Notes: generated by a model from the letters alone, not told the origin. Shown: positions 24,407 through 37,721, counted from the first letter of the whole stretch. The stretch is 63,995 nucleotides of DNA, filler included, from Blastocystis sp. subtype 4 (GCF_000743755.1; 39 parts of 39 records of this genome joined end to end with filler, not necessarily neighbours in it); one strand, 5' to 3'. A program made the numbers and translations.

Positions 24407-25151
24407 TTGTTTCATATGATTGTTGTTGATTGTAGTATCAATCATCTCATTCTATTCTTCACATTCTGTTTCATTCTTATTCTACTCTCATTTCTAGTTA
24501 TCCTTTCTTACTCTATTCAATGTTCATCTAATCAAGATTATGCTAAGATCACTAAGAAAACTACATATGATGCTTCTGAAGAGTCATTTGAGATTGTTTC
24601 TGGTTCTTCTGTTCTCTTCTGTTCTCCTTCATTCTCAAACAATCAAGTCCATGTGAATGAAGTCTGTTTGAATTCTTCTTCTAATCACATATTCACTCTT
24701 GTTATGAGGGATTTATATGGTGATTCATGGTCTAATGGTGGATGGATTGAGATAGAAGGAATGAATGGAAACATTGTGTACAAGGGAATGATGACTGAAA
24801 AGAGTGTTCAAACAGAACAGTTCTCGTTGTATTCTCCTATCAACAAGAATGATAGTTGGAATTACACAAACAGTGTTTCAGACAATTGGAAGGATGTGAG
24901 TTATTCAGATGTTGATTGGAGTGATGTTGTGACAGGAAGTACAACACAGTCAGTATCTGGAACTCAGTACTTCCGTAAAGTGTTCAATGGAGTTGAAGGG
25001 ATGGCTGCTGTTGAAATCGAATTGAAGTATCAATACGGAATTGTTGCTTATTTGAATGGAGTTGAAGTGTATCGAGATAACATGTCTGATGGACAACCAT
25101 CAATTGATACTCTCGCTACTGGTAGTTACACTTCCTCTGATTATCATGGAG
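24407..25151 (+). CDS. Surface protein family, N-terminus
   Basis: Close paralog of 18475-19008. Continues to YGIVAYLNGVEVYR. Confidence 0.75.
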
Positions 25152-25251
25152 NNNNNNNNNNNNNNNNNNNNNNNNNNNNNNNNNNNNNNNNNNNNTTAAT
25201 TAATTAANNNNNNNNNNNNNNNNNNNNNNNNNNNNNNNNNNNNNNNNNNNN

Positions 25252-25349
25252 GCACGGTATCCCATACCAGTGTTTCTTGGGGGAATCTTGTATACATAGC
25301 ATCGACGGATGTGACAGAGGTTCTGCTCGAAAATATCGTCGTCTTGCAT
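25252..25349 (-). CDS. NECAP: NECAP (adaptin ear-binding coat-associated protein), 5' part
   Basis: MQDDDIFEQNLCHIRRCYVYKIPPRNTGMGYRA matches the PHear-domain start (VYxIPPR...GYRA). Confidence 0.75.
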
Positions 25350-25521
25350 TATCTACAACTAAATAGCGTTAGCAACAAAGTAATAGCCATTGGCATCACA
25401 ATTCCATCTTCACTCACAAACCTTGTTCTGTTAATCTGGAGATTGATTCCATCAAGTAGAATCGCGGGGATTTCTAGTATAAAGAATTATCCTAGAAATC
25501 GCATCTGGTGGTCAAGTCAAC

Positions 25522-26181
25522 ATGTCTGCATCAGATAGTAGTATGTGCATGTGAATATATATGAAAGAATAGATAAAGATGAGAAGATAAAGGTCGAGGA
25601 GAAGAACAATATTAAAAACGAGACCATCAACCACCTATTATCATATATCAACAAAGAAATGAAATCATTCAAAAAGACGGGTTCAACCTTGTCAGTCGAG
25701 AAGACACTTCAGAAAATAGAAAAAGCAGTTGATTCGAATAAAAGTGAGGACTTATTGAAAGTGTTGAATCGTTCTCGGAGAGTTTTACTGGGCTTGCTGT
25801 TTGATTTTGTAGGTGGCAGAACAGGCTGCTGAACGAATTGATGTGCGATACGTTGTGCCTATTTTGGATGTGATTCTGAAGCGTATTGAAGAAAATCCTC
25901 GAGTACTAACTGTGAGTGACGATAATGTGTAGAGCGGTAATCATTTATTCCCATGGTTGCATGCTATTTTATACTATCACTGTACTTACACATCAACGAT
26001 TCCAGATCTGAGGACAAAACTCACATTCTTCCACCGATTGCTAGATACCCGTGCGAATACATATACACGTCTTTTAAAGCTGAATGGTCGATTAGCCTTA
26101 TTCATGGAATTAACGAGTTCTACAGAATTGGATCATAATGCTGTACCTATGGAAATTGAAGGTATGGAGGAGGATTCATAA
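25522..26181 (+). CDS. Utp12/Dip2-domain protein (WDR43/Utp5 C-terminal-like)
   Basis: VVPILDVILKRIEENP|..FPWLHAILYYHCTYTSTIPDLRTKLTFFHRLLDTRANTYTRLLKLNGRLAL. Short introns. Confidence 0.7.
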
Positions 26182-26381
26182 GACTTGCCATTGATATGTT
26201 TTATCTTTCATGAAGAGGGGTGATATCTTTAGGATGTGATCTTTTTGTTGAACTAAAATTAAAGCATTCTGTGGTTAGTCAAAGAGGACACAGCGGAATA
26301 CTATGTATTAGGTGTCTGCCGTTTTATCCAGATTCCGTCGTTGTTTTATCAGAACAACAAGTATTTCATTTCACAACTACT

Positions 26382-26686
26382 ATGGTATGTTTTGGTGGTA
26401 TTCTAGAGTCCTAATTAACGAATATATAGAGCGAAAAGGCAAACGTCATGCGTAACATCCGAGTTGAGAAACTAGTCATCAACATTTGTGTTGGTGAGTC
26501 TGGCGATGCCGTTTCGAAGGCTGCTCGTGTCCTTCAACAAATTACTGGTCAGGAACCAGTCTATGGAAAGGGTATGAGATTTGCTGATTGAAAGTGTTAA
26601 TACTTAGCTCGTTTCACGATTCGTTCTTTCTCTATTCGTCGTAATGAGAAGATCTCTGTTCATGCCACCATTCGTGGAGAGAAGGC
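26382..26686 (+). CDS. RPL11: 60S ribosomal protein L11 (uL5), 3'-truncated
   Basis: [27 protein letters not shown]...[37 protein letters not shown]. Confidence 0.96.
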
Positions 26687-27639
26687 NNNNNNNNNNNNNN
26701 NNNNNNNNNNNNNNNNNNNNNNNNNNNNNNTTAATTAATTAANNNNNNNNNNNNNNNNNNNNNNNNNNNNNNNNNNNNNNNNNNNNTGAATAGAATGAAG
26801 AATGAAAGATCATGTGATTAGAAGATCAAAACGGGGAAATGGTCAATTGAACAGTGTGACTACTTTGATTATCAATATCACTGAGTATACAAGAGTTTCA
26901 TTCATGATTCTTTCACATTTCATGTTCCTTAAGCGCTAGTCCTATCATCATATCATCATTACTATCATCATCACAAATGCTATTGATTAACAAATCTACT
27001 CATATTACCTTCAAGTACTACTTCATTGTCATTCTACTCATTCTTATATCATTTCATTTTATATTCATATTCATTCTATTCAATCATTCTCATATCATTA
27101 TTATCTCAAATTGTTGTTCTGAATGATACTATTCTCATCAAATCATCATCATTCTCATATTCTATCTCAATCGATTCTATATCATTACATCTATTCAATC
27201 AATATCAATTCACAATTTCAAACACTCTTCTTCAGACAAACAATCAATTCATATATTAAATTCACTTCTATTTCCTTATTCTATTTCACTCTCCCTTTCA
27301 AATCATCTCTATTTCATTCATATGTTATCATATTCACTTCTATCATCAATACTCTTATCAATCTTCAATCAACTATCTTCTCTAACTACTGTCAAATCAG
27401 TATCTCTTTCTTCATTTCATTCTCATCATTGTTTGAATCATGTAATTCTTTCTTGATTCGGGATTACTGTGATGATACGATCAATGGATTAGATTCAAAC
27501 AACAATGGTTGATGTGCATCACTGCTTTGTTCCAGAGAATGCTAATACAATCACTCTTCACATCCATCTTGTTGTAGCAACATAATAACACAGTATTAAT
27601 ACACTTCTTGACTTATTGAGGATACTTCAATAGTTCAGC

Positions 27640-28016
27640 ACAACTAGTTGTGTATTAATATACCTATTTGATGGATCAAATACTACTAATCAAAGGCAAA
27701 CTTCAAACTGGTTGCTAGAATCATGAACAACAACAAAGGATGATGAACAGTTCTGAAGATTGTTGGATCGATAGTAGTTGAAAGTGAATTCTCAATATCC
27801 ATAGGTGGCAACTGTGATGAAGACAACATTATTCTCCTTTGTCAGGTTTATCATCTCATCAATACCTATTCGAGAATAGATACCATGGAAGTGAAGATTC
27901 TGATAAAGTGACCATTCTTTATTTCCAATAGAATTTTGATTGAGATTGATTCCCACAAACTGATAGAATTGACTATAAAGTGTACATAAGTGAAGAGTAT
28001 TGAAGAACCAATTCAT
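27640..28016 (-). pseudogene. Nucleotide-diphospho-sugar transferase-like gene with an in-frame stop
   Basis: NNVVFITVATYGY*EFTFNYYRSNNLQN..FVVVHD. The 3' extent is uncertain. Confidence 0.4.
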
Positions 28017-28055
28017 TCATTATTCGTTCATCTATTTGAATCCATTCAAATCCTG

Positions 28056-28230
28056 ATGAAATCAGTTGTCTTTCAATGTCTTCTTCTTTCTATCATCCTC
28101 TATCATTCCTGTTTCATTCGACAATACTCTGTCTCATATCCTAAAGTCATTCAGATTCCTTATCACATTGTTCCATTCAATCTTTCCTTGTTTGAGAAGA
28201 GGAATGATGGATGGATTCGTCATTGTAGAG
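28056..28230 (+). CDS. 5' end of the DUF288/STELLO-like gene continued at 54025-54893
   Basis: MKSVVFQCLLLSIILY signal anchor. 28162-28230 is the reverse complement of 54825-54893. Confidence 0.75.
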
Positions 28231-28529
28231 NNNNNNNNNNNNNNNNNNNNNNNNNNNNNNNNNNNNNNNNNNNNTTAATTAATTAANNNNNNNNNNNNNN
28301 NNNNNNNNNNNNNNNNNNNNNNNNNNNNNNGGAAATGATTAAAGTATATTCATAACTGGGTCTCAATAGTTAATGGTGACAGGAATGAGAGAATAGAAAC
28401 TCTCTTAATACAATAAGAATGTATCTGATACTGAAAGCATTATATCATTGGATAAACAAATCAACTTTCAGTAGATGGTTCATTTTAGTCTTTATCGTAT
28501 GTAATGTTTGAGTAAGATAATAGAGATAG

Positions 28530-28964
28530 ATGGAAGAATTGAAGAGGGTTCAAGAGGAACTTGTGTTTGCTAAAGTAGATGCCAAAGTCGCTAAAGAGAA
28601 TACTGATACTCTAGCTAAGGAAGTGGTTGGATTAAGGGAGAAACTGGCTGAAACTCCTACATTCTACAACAACATTGACAACAATCCAGAAATACTCAAA
28701 TCACTGTATCAAAAGAATATGGAGGTAGAACAGTTACGAGAAATGCTTCAACAAGCCCAGAAAGAGGCTTTGTTAAATCAGGCAGCTGTAGAAGAGAGAA
28801 TAGCTGCTGAGATCAGGAAGAAAGACATTGAATTGATGGAACAAAGGATTAGATACTTGAAGGAACTAATTGATGAAGGTGACAGATATCGCAAGAAACT
28901 GAATGAAAAGGAATCAGTGATTCAAGCATTGTATTGCGAGATTGACAGAGTCAAAAGGGAATAA
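28530..28964 (+). CDS. Intronless coiled-coil protein, possibly an element gene
   Basis: 144-aa E/K/Q-rich ORF. Its stop overlaps the next ATG (TAATG). Lies internal to a degenerate terminus at 29379. Confidence 0.6.
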   Translation: MEELKRVQEELVFAKVDAKVAKENTDTLAKEVVGLREKLAETPTFYNNIDNNPEILKSLYQKNMEVEQLREMLQQAQKEALLNQAAVEERIAAEIRKKDIELMEQRIRYLKELIDEGDRYRKKLNEKESVIQALYCEIDRVKRE

Positions 28965-29239
28965 TGGGAAGATAAAGATATGGAAACAATTGGTTTACAA
29001 GAAAAAGACAATGAAGAATGAATCTAGACTGGCTTATACTCTCAAGACATTCAACCGAGCTGTTGGCATTTCAGTCATTCTCTCTGAAGAACAAGGTACT
29101 GAAGATTCTTGGATGACTGAAGTCAATAATTAATGCATTTACTTTGTACGTGATGATCATTATGAAGAATACTTTCATCTTGTCTTATACCACTCAGCAA
29201 TTTGGTTAGAGTTGTGATATGAAGAATACAGATGTACTT

Positions 29240-29379
29240 GTTGTTGTTAATTACCCACTAATTTGATTCGAAATGATAAAGCGAGGATTCCATTTTTGTC
29301 ATTTTCCTGTATAGCTACCCAGTGTTAAACGTCCATGTTGGTGAAGGTTTGTACATGATATACATCAATTACCACTACT
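29240..29379 (-). mobile_element. Degenerate terminal repeat of the Polinton-like element
   Basis: AGTAGTGGTAATTGATGTAT...CAACATGGACGTTTAACACTGGGTAGCTATACAGG. Confidence 0.7.
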
Positions 29380-29850
29380 TATCTCATTAATTGTTCATAA
29401 TTGAAAAAGAGAGGATTAAATATTGAGAACAATGACAATTGTGGTGATGAATAGGATGATAAGTGGATTAAAGAGAATGGTGTGTATTATATTGATGATA
29501 TCATTCATATCCTATGTGAATACATGAGATAGATTGAAGTGATTGATTGTACTCCTATTCATCAGCTCAAACCATCCACAACACATCTCATTCTATATCG
29601 AATCATCATGATTTGAATATGAATTGTGTCATCTCTGATAATCTCTCATTTAACGTATCCCATTCAAATCATCATTTTATCTGATACATCATCCATCCAC
29701 TCTATCAACATCTCCTATTCACATCAACACACTCAACTATCTACACTCTCNNNNNNNNNNNNNNNNNNNNNNNNNNNNNNNNNNNNNNNNNNNNTTAATT
29801 AATTAANNNNNNNNNNNNNNNNNNNNNNNNNNNNNNNNNNNNNNNNNNNN

Positions 29851-29966
29851 TGGCGTTTTTGTCTGGTAGGGTTAAGCGTGTATAGCTACCCAGGGTTGGA
29901 GGCCCATGTTTGCGACGGTTTGTCTGGTTGTAAACAATACGTATCATGCTTCAATTACCTACTAGT
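29851..29966 (-). mobile_element. Young terminal repeat (partial)
   Basis: ACTAGTAGGTAATTGAAGCATGATACG...CATGGGCCTCCAACCCTGGGTAGCTATACACGC. Confidence 0.8.
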
Positions 29967-30180
29967 CGTATATAGTGTTATCAATTCAATCAGTCCTTGT
30001 TTGGACCATTATGTTCTGAAGGAAGAACTGACACTTCATATCACCGTCACCATTACAGTTGTATTCACTCATTCGGTTCAGTGATTATAGTATCTTCAAA
30101 TGTTGTATTGATACATATTACAGAATCATAGGCATCAAGTATCTGTGTTAGGATATTGGAATTAAGTAATATCCTGATGT

Positions 30181-31060
30181 AGTAGTAGCAGTTAACGACA
30201 TATTATTATGGGGTATACTACCAAAAAGGGTTTCCAACCCTGGGAATCTACATGGAAATCACAAAAAGATGGTAAGTTCACTTTACTATTTCGAATCATG
30301 TTGGTGGGTGATAAACAACTGAGTCATTGTGTCTATTCTCCCATTCATGAAAACGTGTTGCTCAATAATCATTAATGGCAAACAACAAATGGTCCATTCA
30401 CTGGAGATATTATGTACATTAGAATCCTTTCATTACAATCAAGAAAGTACTACTAACACCATATTCAGATGCCCTATTCTCAAATATTGATCACATCAAT
30501 ACTGTTTCTAATACTAAATGAGAATTTGTTGTTTGATTAATGATACTCTATCTCACATCATTGCTATTCTCCATCAAATGCATTACGCATTATTCTCATT
30601 ATCCAGTGTTGTTTGCTGTTACCGTTGTATTTACATTGATTCCAATTGTACAATGTGAATACAACCATAACAGATGTTGATTGATAGAAACAGAATAGAA
30701 CACTGATAACAATCCTAAAGTATTTTTAGGACTGAGGGATTGATATGAATGATGAACTGTAATGAAATAATATGTGAATTGTACATTAATGAGAATTGCT
30801 TCTGAATATCATTGAATCACTTCTTTACGCTCATTATCCTGAATCAATGTTCATTAGAGATGGATTTGTGAATGAGGTGTAGTTACTCTTCATGATGTAT
30901 ACCTCACACTAACGTAATGTATGACATTAGTATGCATCAATATGAGAACAGATAAGTGAGTGATAAACAAAGAAGATGCTGCAGTGAACAAGATGTATTG
31001 ATCATTAGATAGTATCTGTCAGATGGATTTGAATGGACAAGAGGTTGATAGTATGATTGA
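30181..31060 (+). mobile_element. Degenerate non-autonomous derivative: terminus, truncated penton-like gene (30353-30660), shared internal segment
   Basis: AGTAGTAG...TTCCAACCCTGGG, then CACATCATTGCTAT...ATTGATTCCAATTGTACAATGTGAAT, then sequence shared with 39850-40245. Confidence 0.65.
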
Positions 31061-31369
31061 TATGTGATGAGATGATTAGTGGATAGAAAGAGTTGTATCA
31101 TCAATAGTCCTTTCTATCATTGTTTGTGATTGTTTGATTAGAATCAAAGAGTTGAAATGACAAATGATACATTATACAGAATGAGATGGATTTGGAATAC
31201 GATTCTCAACAGATTTCACTTCTTCTATTGACTTCTTTGGTAGAGTATGTTTCTTCTTCTTTGATAGAANNNNNNNNNNNNNNNNNNNNNNNNNNNNNNN
31301 NNNNNNNNNNNNNTTAATTAATTAANNNNNNNNNNNNNNNNNNNNNNNNNNNNNNNNNNNNNNNNNNNN

Positions 31370-32786
31370 TGTTGACAATTCATATACTGATTTGAAGTAC
31401 TATGTTGTGACTCTTCCAGGCAAACAAATGCAGACTTCAACAGTAACCACTCCAGTGACATTCCTTCAGTCTGGAAGTAACACGATTGCTATTGCGATTG
31501 TTGCTATTGATGATACTCAACTCACATCCTATTTCGATGCAGTTGTTCGTTTGATGCCTTCAGAACAATCTGAATCTCATATCTGGGAATATACTGCTAC
31601 ATCTACTGGAATATTTGGAGCTTCTACTTATCCTTTCGATATGTATCATGGAACATACATCTACTATCAATCCTGTACTCCCAATTCTCTGACTGTGACT
31701 CTATCAAACAATCGTCGTGAATGGATCAGTTCTGTTCAGATTCAAAACCATTACACAGGAACAAATGACTATTGGAAAGTTACTCAATTCAATCTGTATG
31801 GTCGTAACTTGGGAACAGATGAATGGACACTTCTGAAGGAAGTGACTGGTCTCACTTATTCGTTTGCTGGTCATAAGAGAAGAATCTATTTCCCTAACAA
31901 TACTCCTTACAATCAATTCAAGTTTGAGAACTTTGCTACTGGTGATCCTTCTTCTTGTGAATGGAGAGTTCAATCTCTGGATCTGTTTGCTGATAATGTG
32001 TTGGCTGATATTCCTAACTTCACTTATGATTCTCCAATCACTCTATTCAAGAATGTTGAGATGTCTGAAGTGATTCCTCAGAATGGAGATGGTTACATGA
32101 ACTTCAGAATCAATCCTTCTCTTCCTGTTGGTATTGTGTTAGATCCTCACACTGGTTGGATCTCAGGTACTGCCACTTCTGAGAGTGCGGCTCAAACCTA
32201 CACCATCACTGCTACTAAGATTAGTGGAGGAGATGTGACTGCCACTATCTCTCTATCAGTTTCAATATGTACTGGAGGCAAGGGATTGATGACTGTTCGT
32301 TTCAGAACTGATTTTTATCCGAAGGAGAATTCATGGAAACTGTATGAAGGAAGAGGAACTTCAGGAACTGTGTTGAGATCTGTAGAACAATTCCCTGTAT
32401 CGAATGCAGATTACTATGTTGATTTCTGTTTGAATAATGGAATCTACACACTAGAGGACCTTCGTTGGTGGGACGAAGGATGGAGAAGTGGAACTGGTTA
32501 CACTTTGACTGTTGATTTGGGAGAGATGGAATTGGATATCATGACAATGAACAGACAGAATACCATACCTGTGATTGTGACAACTGTATTCTCAACATAT
32601 TTCCCTTTCCAGATTGAATACACAGATTGGAAGGTGATACAGAGTGATGTACCAAGTGATTGGAATACTGTCAGTTTCGATGATTCTACTTGGAACACAT
32701 ACAAGGCTGTTGATATTCCTTCCACTTCTTCAATCACAACATATATCCGAAAGAGTTTCACAATGAGTGGAGTGAATGATTATCAA
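31370..32786 (+). CDS. He_PIG/galactose-binding-like surface protein fragment
   Basis: Open across the contig. LPVGIVLDPHTGWISGTAT. Confidence 0.82.
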
Positions 32787-32886
32787 NNNNNNNNNNNNNN
32801 NNNNNNNNNNNNNNNNNNNNNNNNNNNNNNTTAATTAATTAANNNNNNNNNNNNNNNNNNNNNNNNNNNNNNNNNNNNNNNNNNNN

Positions 32887-33362
32887 ACATCTGAATAACT
32901 CACATCCTTCCAATTGCCTGAAACACTGTTTGTGTACTTCCAACTATCATTCTTGTTGATAGGAGAATACAAAGAGAACTGTTCTGTTTGAGTCAAAGGT
33001 GCAGTCATCATTCCCTTGAATACAATGTTTCCATTCATTCCTTCTATTTGAATCCAAGCACCATCAGTCCAAGCATCAGCAGCTGAATCCCTCATTTCAA
33101 GGGAGTATTGATAGTTGGTTGTACTTGGTAAACAGACATCAAGAACTCTTTCTTCGTTGTCCGTTAAAGATGGTGCTGTATAGGCGATAGTTGAACCTGC
33201 ATAGACCATAAAAGACTCCTCACTTGACCAACTACCAGTCTTCTTTGTAATTTTTGCATAAACTTCATTCGATGAGCAGTCGACAGCAGTAACAAACACT
33301 ACTATAGATAAAAGAATCCCAAGATAATAACCTGTAACGCAGAAGAACACAAATGACTTCAT
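32887..33362 (-). CDS. Surface protein family, N-terminus with signal peptide
   Basis: MKSFVFFCVTGYYLGILLSIVVFVTAVDCSSNEVYAKITKK. Confidence 0.75.
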
Positions 33363-33756
33363 AACTAAAAGAGAAATATGACAAAATACCCTCACCACTA
33401 GTAATAATAGTCTGTTACCACGGTCATAATAGAATTCTAATAGAATACACGAACAATGATTTCCTTGATTATTATAGAATCCGCAACTGGTACGAAAAGT
33501 AAGAGATTGTCGTGTGGGTATTTTCAATAGAGTATTACACTTGCATATTAGTGTTTTCATCCATCCAAATATCGTTACATGCTGAGTACCATATTATTGG
33601 ACGCACTATAATTGACCAATGAATAGACGACATGCGGAAAAACCGCCAGTGTGTGTGGATGGAGATAAAATGTGGTTATTATTCGTATTCGAGCAAGAAT
33701 AGAGTGTAGATTACGATTAGATTTATGTCTTTTGTCTTTCTGATAATTCCTATTGA

Positions 33757-34303
33757 TTGTTTTCGAATGGGCTTCTCGAACCTATAATTGTTCTTCTCTC
33801 CTCCTTTCTATTCATTTCATTCCTCTTTCTCACTGAACGATTTGTATCTACAGGAATTCCTTCATTCATCAATACTGTTCAGAGATGGTATCTTTCTTCT
33901 CAGACTCTTCCTGATGGATTGATATTGGATTCACTCACAGGAGAGATTTGGAACTCAACCACTGTCACATCAATCACTTCCTATTCAATCAATGCTGAGA
34001 ATGGAGGTGGATCTGTTTCTGTTTCGATTTCAATTGAGATCATTTCATCTCTCATCTCATATCCTCAAACCAATCTCATTATTGGTCAAGGACTATCCTT
34101 CTCTATCACTCCCACTCTCACCAAAGTCTCTACTATCTCCATTGTCTCAGGATCACTTCCTATTGGTCTATCCATCAATCCATCAACTGGAGTCATCTCT
34201 GGAACTCCTTCTCAATTACTCTCTTCTCAATCAGTCACAATCGAAGCAATGAGTGGAACAGCAATTGAAACTGTTGTTCTTTCATTCACTGTTATCACTC
34301 CTA
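33757..34303 (+). CDS. He_PIG repeat surface protein fragment, divergent from the previous gene
   Basis: LPDGLILDSLTGEI and the module ISYPQTNLIIGQG... shared with 16190-16425. Confidence 0.65.
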
Positions 34304-34403
34304 NNNNNNNNNNNNNNNNNNNNNNNNNNNNNNNNNNNNNNNNNNNNTTAATTAATTAANNNNNNNNNNNNNNNNNNNNNNNNNNNNNNNNNNNNNNNNN
34401 NNN

Positions 34404-35819
34404 CACTTGACACATCACTCTGTATCACCTTCCAATCTGTGTATTCAATCTGGAAAGGGAAATACGTTGAGAACACACTTGATACATAGATCGGTTTGTA
34501 ATTCTGTCTATTCATTGTCATGATATCCAACTCCATCTCTCCCAAATCAACAGTCAACGTGTAACCAGTCAGAGTGTAACCAATTCCACTATCCCAACCA
34601 TCTCCATATGAATCAGATCCTTCAAATGTGTAGATACCATTATCCAAACAGAAATCAACATAGTAATAAGCACTTGATACAGGGAACACAGATACCGAAT
34701 CCAATACAGTTCCTGAGGTTCCTCTTCCTTCATACAATTTCCATGAATTCTGATTAGGATAACCATCAGTTCTGATACGAACAGTCATCAATCCCTTGCC
34801 TCCAGTACATACTGAAACTGAGAGAGAGAAAGTGGTACTCATATCTCCTCCACTAATCTTAGTAGCAGTGATTGTGTAAGTTTGAGGAGCATCCTCAGAA
34901 GTGGCAGTACCTGAGATACAGCCAGTATAACGATCCAACACAATACCAGTAGGAAGAGAAGGATTGATTCTGAAGTTGAAGTAACGATCTCCATTCTGAG
35001 GAATCACTTCAGACATCTCAATATCCTTGACTAAAGTGATTGAAGAATCATAGGTGAAGTCAGGAATATCAGTCAACACATTATCAGCAAACAGATCTAG
35101 AGATTGAACTCTCCAAGCACAAGAAGAAGGATTACCAGAACCAAACTTCTCAAACTTGAATTGATTGTAAGGAGTATTGTTAGAGAAATAGATTCTTCTC
35201 TTCTGACCATAAAACGAATAAGTGACACCAATGACTTCCTTCAGAAGTGTCCATTCATCTGTATCTGAGTTACGACCATACAAATTGAATTCAGTTGCCT
35301 CCTGATCACAGTATGATGATAAATGGTAATGGCTCTGAATCTGAACAGAACTGATCCATTCACGACGATTGTTTGATAGAGTCACAATCAAAGAAGTAGT
35401 AGGACAGAATGGATAGTAGATGGTGGTTTCATGATACATATCGAAAGGACTGGTTGCAGTTCCATACATTATTGTAGATGTAGCAGTGAATTCCCAGATA
35501 TGAGATTCAGATTGTTCTGATGACATCAAACGAACCATTGTATCGAAATAGGATGTGAGTTGAGTATCATCAATAGCAACAATGGCAATAGCAATCGTGT
35601 TACTTCCAGATTGAAGGAATGTCACTGGACTCGTTACTGTTGAAGTTTGCATCTGTTTGCCTGGAAGAGTCACAACATAGTACTTCAAATCAGTATATGA
35701 ATTGTCAACAGTGGATGAAATGGACAAATCTCCAATCACTCCATTTCTCCATGCTTCATTTCCATTCAAATACACAATCACTCCATATCTGTATCGAATC
35801 GATACAATCAATCCAGACA
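34404..35819 (-). CDS. He_PIG/galactose-binding-like surface protein fragment
   Basis: Open across the contig. Paralog of 31370-32786. Confidence 0.82.
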
Positions 35820-36169
35820 NNNNNNNNNNNNNNNNNNNNNNNNNNNNNNNNNNNNNNNNNNNNTTAATTAATTAANNNNNNNNNNNNNNNNNNNNNNNNN
35901 NNNNNNNNNNNNNNNNNNNTGATTTCTCTCAACCAACTGATATCATCGATAAGGTCTGATGTCAGCTAGTATAAGACCTCACTCCCATCCATCACTGAAT
36001 GCCGACTATCTTGGATAAACCAGTTGTTGAAAAGGAAGTGTTCTCTTGACAATCTGGTTATTATTGTATTATGATGATAATCCAAGGGTGAGAAATGGGA
36101 TAGAAATATCCTTTGGATTTCAACTCTCCACATGAAAGGATGACTAGATAGCATCATCAATCAGTTTCG

Positions 36170-36400
36170 ATCAGATGATTGGTTTCTTCGATTCTTGATA
36201 GTTATGGAGGATAATCAACCATGATATGGATGAAGTGAGAGAAGTGTTAACAGAGTTGATGGTTATCATATGTGAATGATGTGATTTGTAGTAGAGATAT
36301 GAACGATTACAAGATGCCTTGTCTAGTTTGCTTGATTTGAGTCTTGAACGAGGAAGCAAAGACAATATGAGTGTGTTGGTTGTACTCTTGAATAAACCTC
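36170..36400 (+). CDS. PP2C-type phosphatase-like C-terminal fragment (possibly decayed)
   Basis: DALSSLLDLSLERGSKDNMSVLVVLL matches the PP2C motif GSxDN[IM]S. Boundaries uncertain. Confidence 0.45.
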
Positions 36401-37445
36401 CTTTCTAAGAAATGGAATTCAAGATGAGAACTAGGATTGATTCTGTGAAAGTGGAAACCCAATAAGAAAAGGATCGATTGAAGAGAGAGGCAGAGGAACA
36501 AAGCGAAGAGAATTGAAGAAGAACAGAGAATGGATAATGATAAGGAGATTTCTCTTGTTTGTTGATAGATCATTTCAATCTGAGAATCAGGTTACAACTC
36601 ATGACTTCGAACAAACAGACTATCTGAATGAACTAGACATAAGAACTCCGGCTTCGAATAAACGATTCAAGAGCAACAGCATCTAAATCTTATCTTCAAA
36701 TGTTAATCAGACTCGTTGCATTCAATTCATAAACACTCACAAATTGATAACTACCACCTCCAGTAATGATATCAATTGAAGTGAGAATTGGAATATCTAC
36801 TCTCAACTCAATTCATTACTCATACTCTCTAAAACAACAGATCCAATATACCTGAAACAATAGACAAAAATATGCATTGAAATAAGAACATTCAGATCTA
36901 ATCATCATTCTTGCTTCTATTCATCACTCTTCATTGTTAGAGTGTTTCGATAATTGAAAGGAGGTGTGCTATTCGATTTACGATCATCTCCTCCATCTCC
37001 TTCAAATGCTCCTTGATAAAGATACATGGATTCAAGTCTTGGTAGATCTGATTATTACTCCTTCATTCAATCATGACTCTCAAATTGAACTGAATGACAA
37101 CCACCAAATGAATAGCTGCCTACAGACATTGAATCCAGTAAAGGTAGATCTGACTATCATTTCATCTTCAATCTTTACTCTCAAATCGAACCAAACGGCA
37201 ATATCTGAATGAATTACTGGCAAATGATATGGATTTAAGTGAAAGAAGATCTGATTATTACTCCTTCATTCAATCATTACTCTCAAATCGAACTGAATGA
37301 CAATGACAGAATGAATAGCTTCCAATAGATATGGATTCAAGTGAANNNNNNNNNNNNNNNNNNNNNNNNNNNNNNNNNNNNNNNNNNNNTTAATTAATTA
37401 ANNNNNNNNNNNNNNNNNNNNNNNNNNNNNNNNNNNNNNNNNNNN

Positions 37446-37677
37446 ACCTACAAAGTCACTTCTGTTCTTCATTTTCACCTCTTCCCATTCTAGCATATTC
37501 AACAATCTCAACAGGAGCAACAGTTGCTAAATCTAAACGAATCATATAATCTATACCTCTGTCTTTTATCCAGTTCATGAACTCAGTCACATTATCTCTT
37601 TCTTGCTCCACATTTTGTTGTAGAGATGCATACCACACTGCAACAAGCAAAAGCAAGCAAATGAACAATGAAGCCAT
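37446..37677 (-). CDS. SET-domain (SETD3/LSMT-like) protein N-terminus with a signal-peptide-like leader
   Basis: MASLFICLLLLVAVWYA...EFMNWIKDRG...VEIVEYARMGRG. Confidence 0.5.
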
Positions 37678-37721
37678 TCAATGAATGGAACAAACAAAAC
37701 CAATTTGAATAGACCATCTCC

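Noticed and set aside
37020..37345. Imperfect ~100-nt repeats
   Set aside because: Truncated at the contig end; no family or boundaries could be supported.
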